Positions 63,431-64,000 of a stretch of DNA of 64,000 nt are shown one piece after another. The first letter of the stretch is position 1. Every line of letters begins with the position of its first letter. The stretch comes from Dictyostelium discoideum. Lineage: Eukaryota. Location: NCBI GenBank assembly GCA_000004695.1, contig CM000151.3:3904001-3968000 (forward strand), given 5' to 3'. The notes below the pieces were generated by a model, which was not told the DNA's origin, did not search any database, and saw nothing but the letters and a program-made list of their open reading frames with translations. A program made the position numbers and the translations under genes.

Positions 63431-64000
63431 ATGATGACAACAACTTTATCAAATTCTCAATTGCCAAAATTATCATCTTCAACACCATCAACATCATCAA
63501 TTAAACAAAGAAAATTACAAAATTCAAATAATAGTCCCAATACTGATAATGCACCACCATCATCATCATCATCATCATCACCACCACCACCATCTTCAAC
63601 AACATTAGCAACACCACCAGCAATTAATAATTTAGTATCTCCTTCAAATAACCCACTTTTGGAACATCCAAATCCAACACAAACATTTCCACATTTTAAT
63701 GATCTAAAAGCTGGTCATGCTTTAAGTAAAGCATATCAAGATCATCATGTTGATAATGGTAGTAATCTCAATAGTTTAAATTCTCATTTACTTCAACTAC
63801 CTGGTATTAAATCAAATCTTAATATTTTTAATAATAATAATAATACCAATAATAATAATAATAATGAAGATAAATTAAGTAATAATAACAATGGCAACAA
63901 TAGCTTAGTAAATAGTAGTGGTAGTGGTATTATTAGTAGCAGTAGTAATAATAACACACCAACAAAGAGAAGTAGTAGTAACACTTTTCAAAGAGTAGTT
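63431..64000 (+). CDS. 5' part of a gene for a Ser/Pro/Asn-rich low-complexity protein; runs off the window
   Basis: ATG at 63431 opens a frame with no stop to the window end (MMTTTLSNSQLPKLSSSTPSTSS...PPSSSSSSSPPPP...NNNNTNNNNNNEDKLSNNNNGNNS...). It is not in the ORF track because it is unterminated. Function unknown; introns not assessable. Confidence 0.35.
   Translation, partial: MMTTTLSNSQLPKLSSSTPSTSSIKQRKLQNSNNSPNTDNAPPSSSSSSSPPPPSSTTLATPPAINNLVSPSNNPLLEHPNPTQTFPHFNDLKAGHALSKAYQDHHVDNGSNLNSLNSHLLQLPGIKSNLNIFNNNNNTNNNNNNEDKLSNNNNGNNSLVNSSGSGIISSSSNNNTPTKRSSSNTFQRVV

Overview
This 64 kb window is nuclear DNA of a dictyostelid social amoeba, almost certainly Dictyostelium discoideum. I infer this from about 78-80% A+T overall, intergenic DNA that is nearly pure A/T (homopolymer runs up to 70 nt, (AAT)n, (TA)n), short AT-rich GT..AG introns of 70-150 nt, coding poly-Asn, poly-Gln and poly-Thr tracts, and recognisable Dictyostelium genes (mppA 654 aa, myoK with its Gly/Pro/Arg loop-1 insert and CAAX end, the I-BAR/SH3 gene ibrA).

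I support 26 protein-coding genes on both strands, most of them spliced, plus one speculative small-gene model. In window order:
- cpsf3 (CPSF73), minus strand
- a candidate small gene (speculative)
- an SPFH/stomatin-like gene
- a tandem cluster of three minus-strand genes for signal-peptide proteins; the first is a large Thr/Pro mucin-like gene interrupted by two identical in-frame TGA codons
- a QNG1/C9orf64 queuosine-salvage homologue
- iws1
- a PIAS-type SUMO ligase
- a LARGE-like GT49 glycosyltransferase
- trappc9
- an RNI-like LRR protein
- ibrA
- ndufa13 (GRIM-19)
- a Pex4-like E2
- a DHHC palmitoyltransferase
- PP1 inhibitor-2
- a BAR-like protein
- an OFA-type MFS transporter
- mppA
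- a TMEM53/DUF829 protein
- purF
- a BORCS5-like N-myristoylated protein
- ddx52
- myoK
- a type I membrane protein
- a partial gene at the right edge.

I found no rRNA, tRNA, transposon or CRISPR-like element. The window is eukaryotic, so no prokaryotic defence or operon system is expected.

The signals I would look at again are:
- the TGA-interrupted mucin-like gene and its paralogue cluster with G-box-like upstream elements;
- a conserved bipartite non-coding module present in two divergent promoters;
- degenerate tandem copies of gene 3' termini (poly(A)-separated) downstream of trappc9 and of the MFS gene;
- a candidate unannotated 69-codon tail-anchored protein gene;
- an apparent 1-nt frameshift in the QNG1 homologue;
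- an (AGG)7 candidate micro-exon in ndufa13.

The ORF track treats TTG and GTG as starts (shown as M), so several track 'M' residues are internal Leu or Val of longer exons.
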